A stretch of DNA of 63,986 bases, the filler included, from Reticulomyxa filosa (lineage: Eukaryota; Protista; Foraminifera): NCBI GenBank assembly GCA_000512085.1. It is 21 parts of 21 records of this genome, joined end to end, with 100 filler letters (N's around TTAATTAATTAA, not from the genome) between each part and the next. Parts side by side here need not be neighbours in the genome. Positions count along the whole stretch, not along the records: positions 37,396 to 41,166 come from ASPP01006618.1; positions 41,267 to 44,295 come from ASPP01004497.1; positions 44,396 to 47,628 come from ASPP01012670.1; positions 47,729 to 50,531 come from ASPP01038345.1; positions 50,632 to 52,115 come from ASPP01001297.1; positions 52,216 to 56,359 come from ASPP01003848.1; 15 more parts are not named here. One strand, written 5' to 3'. The position numbers were made by a program, and so were the translations under genes. Every line of letters begins with the position of its first letter. Within the stretch, counting starts at the first letter, position 1. Positions 39,769 to 53,229 of this stretch are shown here, piece by piece. The notes beneath the pieces are model-generated. The model made no database searches. It saw only the letters and a list, made by a program, of their open reading frames with translations, and was not told where the DNA came from.

Positions 39769-41166
39769 TTAGACATAGCCCACTTTTCCTTCTTTGACAA
39801 ATTGTTTAAGTCTGTCATTACCGTCAATATCGGATCCATATTCCACTTTTTTACTGTTCTCTCTGTTATGACTCTGGAAGTCATGTTCTGCAACATCAGG
39901 TGCCCACCAGTCTACGTCATAACCACCCTTTCGGATGGAGCGATAGCCATACTGTGACAAACTATGAATTGTCTTTAAATCAGTTGAAGGAACTTCACCT
40001 CCCCATTCAGAAGAGGTACGAGCCATGCTTTTCACAAAGTAGTCGGGGGATAATCTATCAAAATATCTTTCCAACACCTGGGCCTCCCAATAATAGTAAT
40101 CCTCTGTTCGGGTTGAAATGAATTACAGAGATTGATTTGACAAATCCAATTACCCATTAACGACCCCGAGCAACAAAAACAAAAACTCCTTTTGTGCTTT
40201 GGCAGTGAGAAGAGAGAAACAGAGAGGAGAAATGTGGAAACAACAAATAAGCAAACCAGGTTTGATGCCTAAATCTTCCAAAGTTAGCAATTTTGGATCA
40301 CTTTCATAGTTGGGATACATATTGATCTTATTCAATTGAATATCTTCATAATTAATAAACTCAATTTGATTGTACCATCGAAAGAAATCAAAGAAGTGTT
40401 GAATTCGTCTTTGTATTGGATAAACGGGCTTATATAACCATCTGTGGATTACAAAAATTCGTGCAAGTAGCAACGTCAAATACAACAAAAACAAGCATAA
40501 GAAAAAGAAAAGAAAAGAAAAAAAGGAAATAACAAACAAAACTCTAATAATCGGGGATCCCAGTTTCTCCAACTTTTGAGTTTTAAATGCCGACACGCTA
40601 AAACTTCTTGAGTTCTTCCAAAGAATTGTTCTTTGGTGGCCCGAATCGGTCCATAGATGGAATAAGTTTTTCCTTTGGTCGTCAAAGGATCCAATATCGC
40701 GCAAGTGACAGCCCTGGCGACATCTAAGAAATGGCAAGGTTGAATGATTTGTTTTCCATTGATAAGCTTAGGATTCTTCCATGGCCATGACCATTGCATA
40801 GCCATGCGTTGAAACCAAAAGTCGCCGTATCCATAGCATATCGATGGCCGAATAATTGTTGCTTCTGGATAAAATGCTTTTGCAACTTGTTCTCCATGCC
40901 ACTACAGATTTACACACACATGCACAATCAAATCCTATTATTATAAAGTTTATATATATATGTATATGTTTTCCCTTCCTATCTTCTCTCCTCCCTTTTT
41001 TCTTTTCCCCTCTACTTGTCTTTCTTTAATCGACACAAACAAGCAAAACAAAAAAAAAAAAAAAAAACGGGTAGCAACAAAACTTTAGTTCTAAAATATC
41101 CCGATGGGGAATCTGAGGAGCAATTTGCGACGGACACTTGAATGAACCGGTCCACGCCCAGTTCGG
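39769..41166 (-). CDS. NDUFA9: NADH:ubiquinone oxidoreductase 39-kDa subunit (NDUFA9)-like SDR, 3' part, multi-exon
   Basis: ELGVDRFIQVSVANCSSDSPSGYFRTK|WHGEQVAKAFYPEATIIRPSICYGYGD..., QPCHFLDVARAV...TKGKTYSIYGP, LLTLEDLGIKP. Confidence 0.78.
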
Positions 41167-41371
41167 NNNNNNNNNNNNNNNNNNNNNNNNNNNNNNNNNN
41201 NNNNNNNNNNTTAATTAATTAANNNNNNNNNNNNNNNNNNNNNNNNNNNNNNNNNNNNNNNNNNNNTTTTTTTTTTAATTAATTTGTTGAACATTTATGC
41301 CTTTACGTTTTTTTTTTTTTTTTTGCACACGTGCCTTTTTTTTTTTTTTTGACATTCGTGCATCATTTTTT

Positions 41372-42373
41372 TTAATATTTTGTCGGCCAACCTTTTTGCT
41401 TTATGACCTGCTTGCATCTGTTCGGCATTGAGTGCACTAGATCTTTCAAGTAGTTAACATTTAAGCATGCCCACTCTTCTTTTATAGCATTGAACAGCTC
41501 GTCTTCGTCCTTGGGATTTTTTTGAGCCACCCGTCGCTTAATATATCCCCATATGTTTTCAATTGGATTTAAGTCTGGTGACATTGCAGGCCATTCGAGT
41601 ACGTTAAAGTGCTCACTTAAATATTCAGTGATTGAGTCACTTTTGTGAACCGGAGCGTTATCTTGTTGAAATATCCACTCCGTATTCATAAATAATGTCT
41701 GTGCACTTTGGGGCACGCACTTTTTGATTACTTCTGTTTCATATTGAGCCGATGTTAGCTCACCATCTATTCTATATAACTCGCCAACTCCTGTCGCGCA
41801 AAAACAGCCCCAAACTGATACTTTTTTGGTGTTTTGCGGGATTTTTAATATATTTTCAGGTGAATATCTTTCATTTTTCTTTCGCCAAACTCTTTGCTGG
41901 CCACTCCAATCAGTGCAAAAAGTAGACTCATCTGAAAATATCACCTTACTCCACATTTCCGGGCTCCAATTTATATGCTCCTTTGCCCATTTTACTCTTT
42001 TTTTCATTTGATCTTTTTTAATAAGTACTTTTTTCGCTGCAATTCTAGAGCGAATGCCTTTTGCGCGTAATCTTCTGATTAATGTTGTTGTCGATATTTG
42101 TGGTGCAGCTAATCGACGAATTTCATTGGCTGACGAGAATCTTAATCGTCTTGCCGTTCGTATGATCATTCGATCTTCTCTATTAGTTGTCTTTTTTGGT
42201 CGACCGCTTCCGACCTTTCTCTCATGCGTTCCACGCGATTCTATTCGCCGTAACGCATACAAAATAGTTGTTCTGCATTTAGACATCCTCCTTGCAATCT
42301 CTGCAATACTTAATCCACACTCCTTATATGCAACAATCTTTCCCAATTCAAATGGAGTTAGATGTTTGCCCAT
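41372..42373 (-). mobile_element. Tc1-type (IS630/Tc1/mariner) transposase, intact 333-aa ORF
   Basis: N-terminal HTH, GSGRPKKT AT-hook-like linker, second HTH, catalytic VIFSDES, FQQDNAPVH and SPDLNPIENIW, C-terminal SMPNRC..VI..KG..TKY. No terminal inverted repeats found; the contig ends ~100 nt beyond the stop. Confidence 0.96.
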
Positions 42374-43083
42374 TGTCTATACAATCAACAGACTCCATGC
42401 TTATCACTCCAAACTTTTAATGATCAATAAAACGAATCTGTAAACAAACAGATCAATATTAAGAAGCATTTACCTCAGATCGTGAAGAAATTAGCAAATT
42501 GCTGTGTGAAAGTCGTTAGTGTTGTTGCAAGAAATTAGATTTTTTTTTTTGTTGGTCCCGCTCGAAGTCGTATGCATGAAGAAATTGTTACAATCAAGAA
42601 AATCAGTATAATTTTGATATTTGCATTATTTTTCTTGGCACGGATTGATTGAGCTATGAAATGCATTGAATAGACCCAAAACACTAACAATTGTTGCAAA
42701 TGCTCCATAAAAAAGGAGTTACTTGTACTCGAAACTAAAATGATGTTTTTTTGTTGTCAACTTTGATGTTATACATCACGTAGTTTTTTAAAAACAAATT
42801 ATAGCTGGAAGAGCTTGGCTTGCAACATATTTTAAGGAACTCACCTCTTGATAATGCGAATTGTTTTGAATTTCACAAAATTATTTTCAAATTTAATTTC
42901 AAGAAGAGGAAGGGAAGACAAATCGAAACAAAAAAAGAGAAAAAAATTTTAAGATTGTACTTAATGAAAACAAAACACGTGCACTCATAAACCAACATTA
43001 CATTTTAACCAATTTATTTCGTCCTTATTTTTTTCCTCTCCTTATTTATTTAATTGGACCAAAAAAAAAAAAAGGGATCAAAT

Positions 43084-43954
43084 TTATGCGTCTGATGTGA
43101 TAGGTTGGTGGGCACTGTCTTTGGAACCAACTTTAGATTGAATCCATTTCTTGGTAACACAACAGCCAGCCCAAGTCCATTTCGGAACAGTGCGCCAAAA
43201 CGTAGCATGTGGAATATTACCTGGACTAACCCACGAGGATTCAGGATTCACTTTTACTTTATTGTACACGCATCCAATGGTGCAGTACAAGAATAACACC
43301 ACCAACAAGATTATTATAAACACCCATCCACCACTTAATTCATCTGATCCGCCACCACTACCACCGTCACTGTCACCACCTTTTTTCGTGTTGCAAAACG
43401 CTGTTCCGGCCACAGTGAAGTCATACTCACAACTGCCACTTGGGTTTGTCACTGCCGATATTTTATCTATTTTTTTTTTTAAAAAATTTAATTTTATTTA
43501 AAAAAAATCCCCGTTCATTTCTTCCCCCCCTTTTTTTTTCTTTAAAAAAAAAAATCATTTTTTTTTTGACTGAACTACCGCCACTCCCACAGCTCAAAAA
43601 GAACTGGGTGGTTCTTGCGGCACCGTTACATGTTGCTCCGTTCGCGTATTTGATCGTCCATGTTTCGGTGGTTGAATCGTAGCTTGCCTGCCCAGTGGTG
43701 TCCCATCCTGCCAACTTGTTGCAGTTGCCGTTGTTGTTCTTTTGTCCCGCCATTACGTTACCGTTGGTTCCGCACGAATAGCCGTCAGCGCATGGGGTCC
43801 AGTAGTACGTAAATGTGCTTCCGTCGTAGTACGATTCCACTGTCACCGAGGACAACGACAATTTGTAGTCACCACTTGTATAAGTGCAACTTTGGGATAA
43901 TACTCCTTTAACTAGTACACAAAAGCCAATAAAATATTGAATTGCAAGCAACAT
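43084..43954 (-). CDS. Cation-dependent mannose-6-phosphate receptor/ATG27-like type I membrane protein, one intron (~43466-43578)
   Basis: Signal peptide; MRH-type domain (YYWTPC...WTIKYANGATCNGAARTTQFFLSC...SCEYDF...AFC); TM SGGWVFIIILLVVLFLYCTIGCVYN; tail IPHATFW..VP....AGC. Confidence 0.85.
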
Positions 43955-44459
43955 CTTTAAGATGGTGAGTTTTTGTTTTTAGTACAAAGACTTTTTTTTT
44001 TTTGGTGGATATGGCGTTTCGCACTGTTTCCTTTTTTTTTAAGTTAGAACACGGAAAAGAGAAAAAGAATGTTGTAAATAGTTTTTTCAAAATGGGTTTT
44101 AAGAGAAAGAAATAAAAAAAAATGATTTAATTTTTAAGGTGAAACGGGAATAAGCTTAGTCTTGATCCAAAAAAAGAGAAAAATGGAACAGATGACATTT
44201 TTGCATCAGCGGTGATGACTTATAATTTAAAATGGAAGAAGAAAGATCTGTGAGTGGCGAAGATTTAAGGTAAGACAGATTGAGAAAAAAAAAAANNNNN
44301 NNNNNNNNNNNNNNNNNNNNNNNNNNNNNNNNNNNNNNNTTAATTAATTAANNNNNNNNNNNNNNNNNNNNNNNNNNNNNNNNNNNNNNNNNNNNGGGGG
44401 GGGGGAAGGGAGAGATGCAATAGTCATAGTTTCTAAAAAAAAAGAATTTTTTTTTTACA

Positions 44460-44717
44460 CCTCGTTTGCCTCTTCCTGAACTGAATAGTTTTCCATGCTG
44501 TTGTAAAGCACCTTGACAGGATATATGTCGTTTTGCTTCAAATCGCGGCTTGGAATAATCTTTTCCAAGTATTGCAATGCGCTGATGGGATCTTGTTTGG
44601 AGTGCTCGATTTCTCCTTCTTTCATTCGCTGGCAACGCTCCAAGTATTCCTTTCGATTCATGTCCTTCTCTTCTTCTTCCGTTAGGTAGCGCTCGACTAC
44701 TTTTGGCTCGGTGTTGT

Positions 44718-44748
<31 letters not shown>

Positions 44749-45045
44749 GCTGCTGTTGCTGTTATTATTGTTGCTGTTGTTATTGTAGTAGTAGTTATCA
44801 TTATCATTATCGTTGTCGTTGTCGTTGTCGTTGTCATCGTCCACGTGATCTGCGCTCTCTTCGAACAACAATAACCTACTTTCATCTATATAGTCCTGCG
44901 CTGCCGGACCAGCGCCGTACTCCGCTGTCTCTCTTTGCGTTCCGCACATTTCACATATGTTGTCACCAACAATATTTTGAAAAGTGCAAACTGCACAAAA
45001 CCAATGTACTGCTGCTGCTACCTCTGCGTCGACTTCATTATCCAT
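44460..45045 (-). CDS. RanBP2-type zinc-finger protein, first exon (3'-truncated)
   Basis: WFCAVCTFQNIVGDNICEMCG fits W-x-C-x2-C-x3-N-x6-C-x2-C. A poly-D/N tract follows, with a GT donor at ~44459. Confidence 0.8.
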
Positions 45046-45254
45046 GATTATTGTTCAAATTCTAAAATATTTGTGACCTGGGCTCACTACCCCTTTTTTT
45101 TATGATTTCAAAGACTTTTGCCACTCTTTTTGGGGTGGGAGAAAAACAAATAGTTATCACTGGATTTACAATTTAAATAGGTCGGCAACGACGAAACAAA
45201 ATAAAATTCCAACTTAAAAGTAACTGTCCCTGGGGAAAAAAAAAAAACACAATC

Positions 45255-45893
45255 ATGTCCAAAAGAAAATCTCGCGCAAACCGTGACTCAGGCTCTAATG
45301 AACCCAATATCCTGAGCACCAGCGATACAAAAAAGAAAAAAAGAAAGATAAGGAAAAAACCGGGCAAAAACTGTTCAATTCCACAAACATTAAACACAAT
45401 GCAGATCAGCTTCATGCTGTGTTAAGTGTTTGAATTATGTGGACTCGACAAAATAAAATATGGTTTATGTGCAACATGAAATCTAAATTGCTTCCAACCA
45501 AAACAAAATCAGGCGTGTGTATTCTTCGATCGCTGCAGGGTGTGCTGCGGGCATATTAGACCTGAAAGGATATCAAGGATTCATTGTATTTTTTGTTGCG
45601 TTTGCACTTTCGACTTTGTTAATGCTGCAGAAAATGAAATTCGCTCCCAATAAATACTTTAGAAAATTCAAGGAGATGATCACAACTTCATTATGGGACG
45701 GCTTAACAAGCTTTGTCTTATTTTGGACGTTACGTTTTACATTTCTTTTTTTTTTTTGAGTACAAAATGTTCGCATCCAATTTTTTTTGCAAAAAACATC
45801 GCCCCCTTTTTTTTTTAAAAAAAAGCATCAAAAAGTTGAACTTTACACACTTTTGATAGATTTTTTGCAAATGTATTGTACCTGTATGGATGA
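45255..45893 (+). CDS. EMC6: ER membrane protein complex subunit 6, 3 exons
   Basis: RVYSSIAAGCAAGILDLKGYQGFIVF...KYF...LWDGLTSFVLFW-T-FFANVLYLYG*, the EMC6/Rab5ip pattern. Introns at ~45421-45511 and ~45729-45859. Confidence 0.88.
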
Positions 45894-46446
45894 GCAAATT
45901 AACGATGCTTCTAACATGACTCACAATTTTGAATCTATCTTTTTGGTTAGACAGAATTGTTTCTTTCTTAATAAGAAATATCACACAAATGGGTGGTTCT
46001 TATTTTCTATTTTTTGATGCCTTAATTTCCATAAAGCATGATAACACATGCAAAACATTTTCCACGATAGATTGATTGTTACTTGACTACTACCAGTTTT
46101 TTCGTGTTGTCTTTTTAGTTGTTCAACCCTGCTTGAAAGACTTTCCACAAATACCAACTTTGTTTTGTTTTAAAGCAAATGCGCACCTTTTTTCCCATTA
46201 TGTTGTGCTTTTTTTTTCTTATCACCAAGTAGTCAAGCAATATTCAAGTAGAGCATAATTTGGTTAAAAGCCCCAGTGGCATTACGTTTTGAATAACAAA
46301 AGACCCAATTTTTTTTAAAAGGGTTTATTAAGTTGTCACGGTCATATTACTCGTATCACTTTTCTGTGTACGCGAGTTTTTTCGAAGTTGGTTTTTTAAG
46401 AAAGGTACAGTTTGGAGGGTTGTTCAAACGATAGAGAAACGCATAT

Positions 46447-47592
46447 ATGACACAACTTCTTGTTCTAGGCAATGGGGCTGGGTTGGCAAACTATGGAGAA
46501 AATAGTAGCAATTATAATCTTCCCAGCCTTCAGTGCATCTCCGTACCGTTGCAACAAGTAGCCGCCGTTTCCAATAATTGGCTCCAATCTGAAAAGCAAA
46601 ATGCTTTCTGTTGTGAGCTGGCACTTGGGATAGGCGAAAGAGAAGTTCCATTATTTATTGTAAAAGAAATCGAGAATAGAAACAAAGTAAATCCTGGTCG
46701 TATGTGGGTAGGGAACACGGAAACGAAAGATGATGATATCGAGACTGAGCGCGAGTGTATAAATAGTAATAACGGATACGCATTATCTCTTGGTCAGCGA
46801 GAGGAGAAGGAGATGACCGGGAAGAATGCAAGAGAGCAAAAAGAGCTAAGCGTGATGAGCATCCCGAGAATGCATATTTTTCAAGACCAGTCGTTACATC
46901 ATACAAAAATAGGAGATAGTAATGGGAGTAGTGGTGGTAGAGGTATGCAGGTGAACGTGAATGTGAATGTGAACGTGAATGGAAGCACAAACCAAAGTGG
47001 TGGAGATATTGCGAATATTCCTTCTTCTTCTTCTTCTTCTTCTCTAGTGTTCCCTTGTCTAGTCAACGATACCCTTTTGTCATATCCACAATCTCTTTGG
47101 TATTGTGTTCCAAATTTGCCACCTAGGCCGGTATCTTACGTATTGGCAGCAACAGCAACCCCAAAAACGCAAGAAGCGAATGAATGGACAAATTCGAGTA
47201 GTCAGCAAAATCAATTGCCGTTTCTAGAGCCGGCGTTAGTATCATCACTACCACCACTTCCACCGTTAATGACAGCGACGACGACGACAACAACAACGCC
47301 AATGACAAGGACGAGGAGGATACAAAAATCGGTGAAAAACAGCAGCATCCCTGATGCATTGCAACACTTGGATGAACCCAATTGCGAGTCATCGACAGGT
47401 AGTATGTCAATTGCAGCCACCTCCGCCGCCCTTCTCTCGGACACCCATCCGCTTGTCAAAAGGCGCTGCGACAACAGTGAAAAGAACTTTGAATGCAAAA
47501 AGTGTGGGAAAAGATACAAGTATGAAACGAATTTGATCACTCATGGCAAAGTTCATACAGAACAAGCATTAGAGTGCGAATACTGCCATAAA
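46447..47592 (+). CDS. C2H2 zinc-finger protein, 3'-truncated
   Basis: FECKKCGKRYKYETNLITHGKVH-TEQAL-ECEYCHK, preceded by a low-complexity S/T/P region. Confidence 0.85.
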
Positions 47593-49361
47593 GTTTTGTT
47601 TTGTTTTTTTTTTTTTTTTTTTTTTTTTNNNNNNNNNNNNNNNNNNNNNNNNNNNNNNNNNNNNNNNNNNNNTTAATTAATTAANNNNNNNNNNNNNNNN
47701 NNNNNNNNNNNNNNNNNNNNNNNNNNNNCCTAACTTTGGTGACAGATAATAGTTGTATACGCTAAGTCAGAACAAAATAGCGACAATTCGTTAACCCAAG
47801 TTAAAATAAAGCTGGAAACTGAGCAAAATGAAAAAATACCTGTGAAATCACTGTTTTACTTGTACAGATTTTCTGTAATAAAAAATTGAAATGATAAAAG
47901 TAATTATAACAAAAAAAAAACTCTACAAACGTCTTTTTGTCTAACTTCATACATGAAAGACGATGAAGAGAAGTAATCGAATTTTAACAAAAACCAACAA
48001 TCCCAATTGGAATTAAATGTGTATTTATCAGATTGACCAGAAAAACTGTTCAAATTTCTACCTTCTTTTTTCTGTTCATTCCTAAATTAAACGAAATGAT
48101 TTTTTTTTTGTTTTACGTAAAGAATAATAAACACACAAATACTCAAAAAATGGAAGGAAGTTGTTTTATGGAGCACTTTAAAAGTCAAAAAAAACTCAGG
48201 ATGATCAAAGACTTTTTGGTCACGTTCTGACCTTGAGATAAGGAGTCTAAAATTTTTGTGTTTGTCTTCTTCGATGAACTGTTCACGTTTCCACTTCACT
48301 GCATGGAGCTTGTCCATGTATGGAACAACACAATCCAAAACAAGTCTTGAGATAAATGCTTTTTTTTGTAGCTCGCTGGCAGTCTGATTCGAGCACAAAT
48401 GTATGTACAAGTCCTATATCATTTCAAATAATTTGTTTTTTGACAAAATTCTTCTCATTTTTGTAACTGTTTGGCTACAATTACAAAATATTACATTGTA
48501 CAGATATAGTTTTAAAGGGAGTAGACTATTATTTTTAAACATCTATCCAAATGTAATTCTTCTATTGCAAAATTATTTGATCAGCCTTGAAGCAAATTTT
48601 TCTCAAACCAATAAACCTTTTTTTATTAAACCCAAATAATATCGCATTGCTGTTAAAATTATGTATATTAATCTTGACATATAGTTCAAATCTTTGATTT
48701 AATGGGAAAATAAACAGACAATTGAATAATATCATTGCGTCTTTATAAGAAGAAACACGATAGTATTACTAACTTGTTACAAAAAGTAATGCTGTCCCTT
48801 CTTCAAACTATGCATTTTTTCTATTTGTTAGCAGCAAAAGTGAACAAAATGATAAAAATTTAATAATATCATTAACTTACAGCATGCACAGAAAACACAC
48901 CTCTTCACAATTCTATGAACTTATCTAAAATTAACTATAAACTTAGAGTCAACTTTGTTAATATCAATAACCAATGGGTTAATCAATTTGATTGTAATAT
49001 AAAGAAATGCACGGAAGTCATTCTAGCTCAACCATTATCTCAATCACAATGGATTAAATGTCAATTACCAATTAAGTAAGGTGACTTTGGACTATGCACG
49101 ATTGAAACACATGCAAGCTCAGAATTTATTGCATTTGCTTATTGATATTTCTCAAATTACGGGCCAAGCAAAACTTCCAAGCCACGTCAAATCTCAAATT
49201 CATAAAAAGTTTATTCAAATTTCAACCAGAGTAAAATACATTACATAATCTGTAGTGAAACTGATAGATAATAATTACAAAGATAGCAATGAAATATTTT
49301 TTGTCTTTTCGATCTAATTTGAAAGGAAAAAATAGACATACATTGGTAATGAAATATGTAA

Positions 49362-49676
49362 GTGTTTAGGATGATATATCAAACAAATCAAGCAATTACA
49401 ATCGATGGATTCCTTTCACAGAAAATCAAAATTCAAAAAAAAAAACAATTAAATGTAAAGCTACAATTGATTAATATAAAGTACAATATTATTAAATCAG
49501 ATGAAGATGTAAAGAAAGAATTTGAAAATAATGAGCCTATATTCGAAATTATTTGGACTTCATTTCAACAACCAGCAATACTTAAAAATGTGAAAGAAGC
49601 GGGTGTTACAAATTGCAGAAAATTATTTGAACAAAATATATTGGTGGCAAGTGAAGGAAACAACATGAAGATATGA
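49362..49676 (+). pseudogene. Remnant of the caspase-like family (PB1-like domain and part of p20)
   Basis: KLQLINIKYNIIKSDEDVKKEFENNEPIFEIIW aligns by eye with FELVDMKDNIIDSDEAVKQAFVSDETSYKILW; LKNVKEAGVTNCRKLFEQ aligns with IPNIKDDVKNFKQLFEE. Catalytic parts are missing. Confidence 0.65.
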
Positions 49677-50370
49677 ATGAAGCATTGATTGCAGGAGAGA
49701 ATTGTCTAAAACCATTACTAATAACTGTTAAAGTAAAAACAATTCAAAAAAATTAATCAACTGTCATATGTCAAAGACAATTTTATTAAAATTTGAAAAT
49801 AATTGTAAGAAATAAAAAAAAACGAATAGATTGAGCATGATTGTAATATGTGTTTTAAAGGAAAATAAAAATATGAATAAATATTTAAATGTATCATTAA
49901 TTAGGATATCATCTTACTGAAACTGAACAATTGAAAAAAAAAATAAATTAAAAAAAGATTGTCAATCAAAGGCCAATTTAGTTTAGGGAGTGAATAAAGC
50001 TTTTTGATTTATCATTTTTTTTTCCTCCATTAAAAATATCTTGTTTCCAAAAACATAAGAAATAAACGTAAAAGGACTTAGAAAAATATTTTTTCAACGT
50101 CTTTGTTTTCAAAGATTTTCAATGATATCAATACTTAAAATTTTTTGCAAATTTATTTTGATATTAGATACAATTTTTATTTATTGTGATTTTCAATTCT
50201 TCAAAAAACATTGAATGCGACTTTTTTAATTTTTTAAACAACAAAGTAAGATAAAACATTTCTTTCAATGCTTGCATTCAATCAAATCAAACAAGTTTAA
50301 TATCAACTTACTTTTCTTTTAGTCAAACTTTTCAAAAAAAATACCATTTTTTATTCGACAAAACAGTAAA

Positions 50371-50531
50371 TTATCCCCAAATACGAACAAGACCTTTGGA
50401 TGAACCATAACACAAATTCAAATCATATGCGGCATTCTTTATCTTCTCTTTCTTTTTCAATACAATAAATTTAAGACACCGTATTCCATTATCTTTATCA
50501 TCTCCTTTAATCATATACAATTCATTCTTAT
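50371..50531 (-). CDS. Extreme C-terminus of another expanded-family WD40 paralog
   Basis: KNELYMIKGDDKDNGIRCLKFIVLKKKEKIKNAAYDLNLCYGSSKGLVRIWG*, plus the shared 3' flank. Confidence 0.88.
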
Positions 50532-53229
50532 NNNNNNNNNNNNNNNNNNNNNNNNNNNNNNNNNNNNNNNNNNNNTTAATTAATTAANNNNNNNNNNNNN
50601 NNNNNNNNNNNNNNNNNNNNNNNNNNNNNNNATGGGGGGAAATGTTTCTACTTTTTTTTTTTATACAAAAAAAAACTATGTTTAATCCAGTTTAATTTAG
50701 GTGAACGAAGATGATGACGATGATAAAGGCAGTGACAAAGCGGAAGTGGAAATAAGTGATAATGAAACAAAAAAATAGAAAAAAAAAAATTAAAGGATAT
50801 GGGACTGCTGAACAAGCAGAAGCCCACCGATGGATTTTACGAATCAAGTAGTAACGATTGGAAAGAGCAACTGGCATTGAGAGACTTGGAAAAAGAAAGC
50901 TTGTGTTTACCATTGACCGAAGAAAAAGTTAGTTTTTTTTACTTTTTAAGAATTAAAAACATTTAAGTATAATTTGTTTCGGTGCGTGTTTTATAGAAAG
51001 AATACGAAAAAGTGGCTTACTACCGAATGGTTGACTCGACATGGTTATTGGCAAATATGAAAAGAATTATGATGAGTGCTCAAGACTTGATGATCAGTGT
51101 CAATTTACTTTTTTTTTATTGTAAGAAGGTGGAACAAAGTAATTGTCAATTCTTCTTTGTTTCCCGCATTTTGTTTTTTTTTTTTTAAATTGAACTTTTT
51201 GAAAGAAACTTCATGGTATCAGCAATCGTTTTTTCTGCAAGTTCGCGACAGTTGCAATTCTTTATTCTCATATTCTTTTGTTTTGAATGCTTATTTGGAT
51301 CTAATTTTTAAAAATTAATCCCTTCTCTGATGAAACACTAATCGATACTCGGTCATTTACTTCTAACAAGTTGTATTGGTATAACCTTCAGATAAAAAAA
51401 ACGCCAACAAAAGAGATAGAACTGTTGGGAGTATACTTTGAAGAGCTACACTAAATGTAATACGAAAAGGTTTTACTCGAATGAGAGTGACTTTCAGTAA
51501 AATAAAGTAAATTAAATAATAAATCAAAATGAACGTAAATGGAACTGAGGAATCCACAGTAGGTTAAACTTACTCAACCAACTACTTCTTAATTCCTTTT
51601 TGTCAAGTATTTATAGTAGGGCTTGTCCTACATAACGATTTGCTACCATTTTGGTGTTATCAAACAAAAATAGCGGATTTTTATGTTTTTCTTTGATTAA
51701 ATAATACGATACAAAAGATAAATAAAAGAATATACATTAGAATGCAAAGTAAAGTTGACACATAAAACGGCACCTTATAGAGATGATTGATTTTCTTCAT
51801 GAAAAAACAACATTCAGACCTAATTTTTTTTTAATTATTTTTTTGAAAATTACTAAATGATTGAGAATATTCATAAAAGACGTGCTGTAGATCTGGTGCG
51901 TCAGTGCTGGAGATTGCAAAGTTACAAAACAATTTTTTGTAAGTCGTGAATGTTCGTGAATCGAAGCTGACGTTCGTCATAAAAATATCAAATTGATAGT
52001 GAAAGCATAATCGTGTGGTCTTGCTTTGGAGTATTAAGATATGTTTATGCATGTAACATTAATTGATGTGACAATGCATATACAGTAAGATAAAAAAGAA
52101 AGTTGACACATAAAANNNNNNNNNNNNNNNNNNNNNNNNNNNNNNNNNNNNNNNNNNNNTTAATTAATTAANNNNNNNNNNNNNNNNNNNNNNNNNNNNN
52201 NNNNNNNNNNNNNNNAATGCCTTACGCCAATTAGAGAAATAAGGATGATTAAATTTATCAAGATTTTTTTGTTGACTATACTTTAATTTTCCTTCAAAAA
52301 AAAAAAAACTTGACGGAACTTGAGTAAGATATTGAACTAATTGAAATATCAAATATGAAAGTGATATTACAAACGTTCTATTATTGATTTATATATTGAT
52401 TATTAATCACAATACTCTTTTCAAAAAAAAAAAAAAAGAAATAAGTACAAATATTTTTGTTTGGAAAAAATGGACGACAAAAAAATACTCTGGTTTTCCA
52501 AAAAAACAAATTATTCATTTTTGTTGTTAAATAGATCATTTCTATATTGAGATAAAGTAAGATTCAAAAACTTAGCAAGGATTTTTTTGTTGATTAAAAA
52601 AAAATAATAATAATTGAAATTTAAGCGATATCCTTTTTTCTAAGAACGAACGTCTTGTTATCTTTACTAAAAAATTAAAATAAGATTGATCAATATTTTC
52701 TTTTATTTCATTAAAAACAATTAATATTCATATTTTTGGGATATCCGATCAAATAAAATGAATTATATGTGATGAATGAAGAACATTATGGAATACAGCG
52801 TTTTAAATTTATACAATTGAAAACGATGATAAAAGAAATAACTGTGATCATATTGCTATTTGGGGAGACAAAATTTAAAACTTTGCTTATAAATTTATTT
52901 TTTTTAGTGAAATAAATTTGTCAATTTTATTGATATTTCAATATGTCGAAAAGAGATTATGAACTATCTTACTTTATGATGTCTGAAACTTTTGTTCAGT
53001 TGATTAAGGAAAAATTATGCTTTCTTAATCTATACTATGATTCATCCAAAGATCTTATTCATATTTGGGAATATTATAATATCGATTGTTGTTTGTTTGA
53101 GATATATCACTTTCCTTTTTCTTTTTATCAGTCTTTCAAAAGAAAGTGTTGGGAATGATATAGCCAAAATTTCCACAAAATAACATTGAATATTTTTTTT
53201 TTCTCAAATTCCATACGAAAACGGAAAAA

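Noticed and set aside
41267-42700. Terminal inverted repeats of the Tc1 element
   Set aside because: I found no convincing inverted pair by eye; the left flank is short, homopolymeric and truncated.
47729-52115. Short ORFs (48087-48410, 50692-50913, 51097-52052) as genes
   Set aside because: No motifs, AT-rich and no consistent exon structure; they could be decayed fragments but are unsupported.
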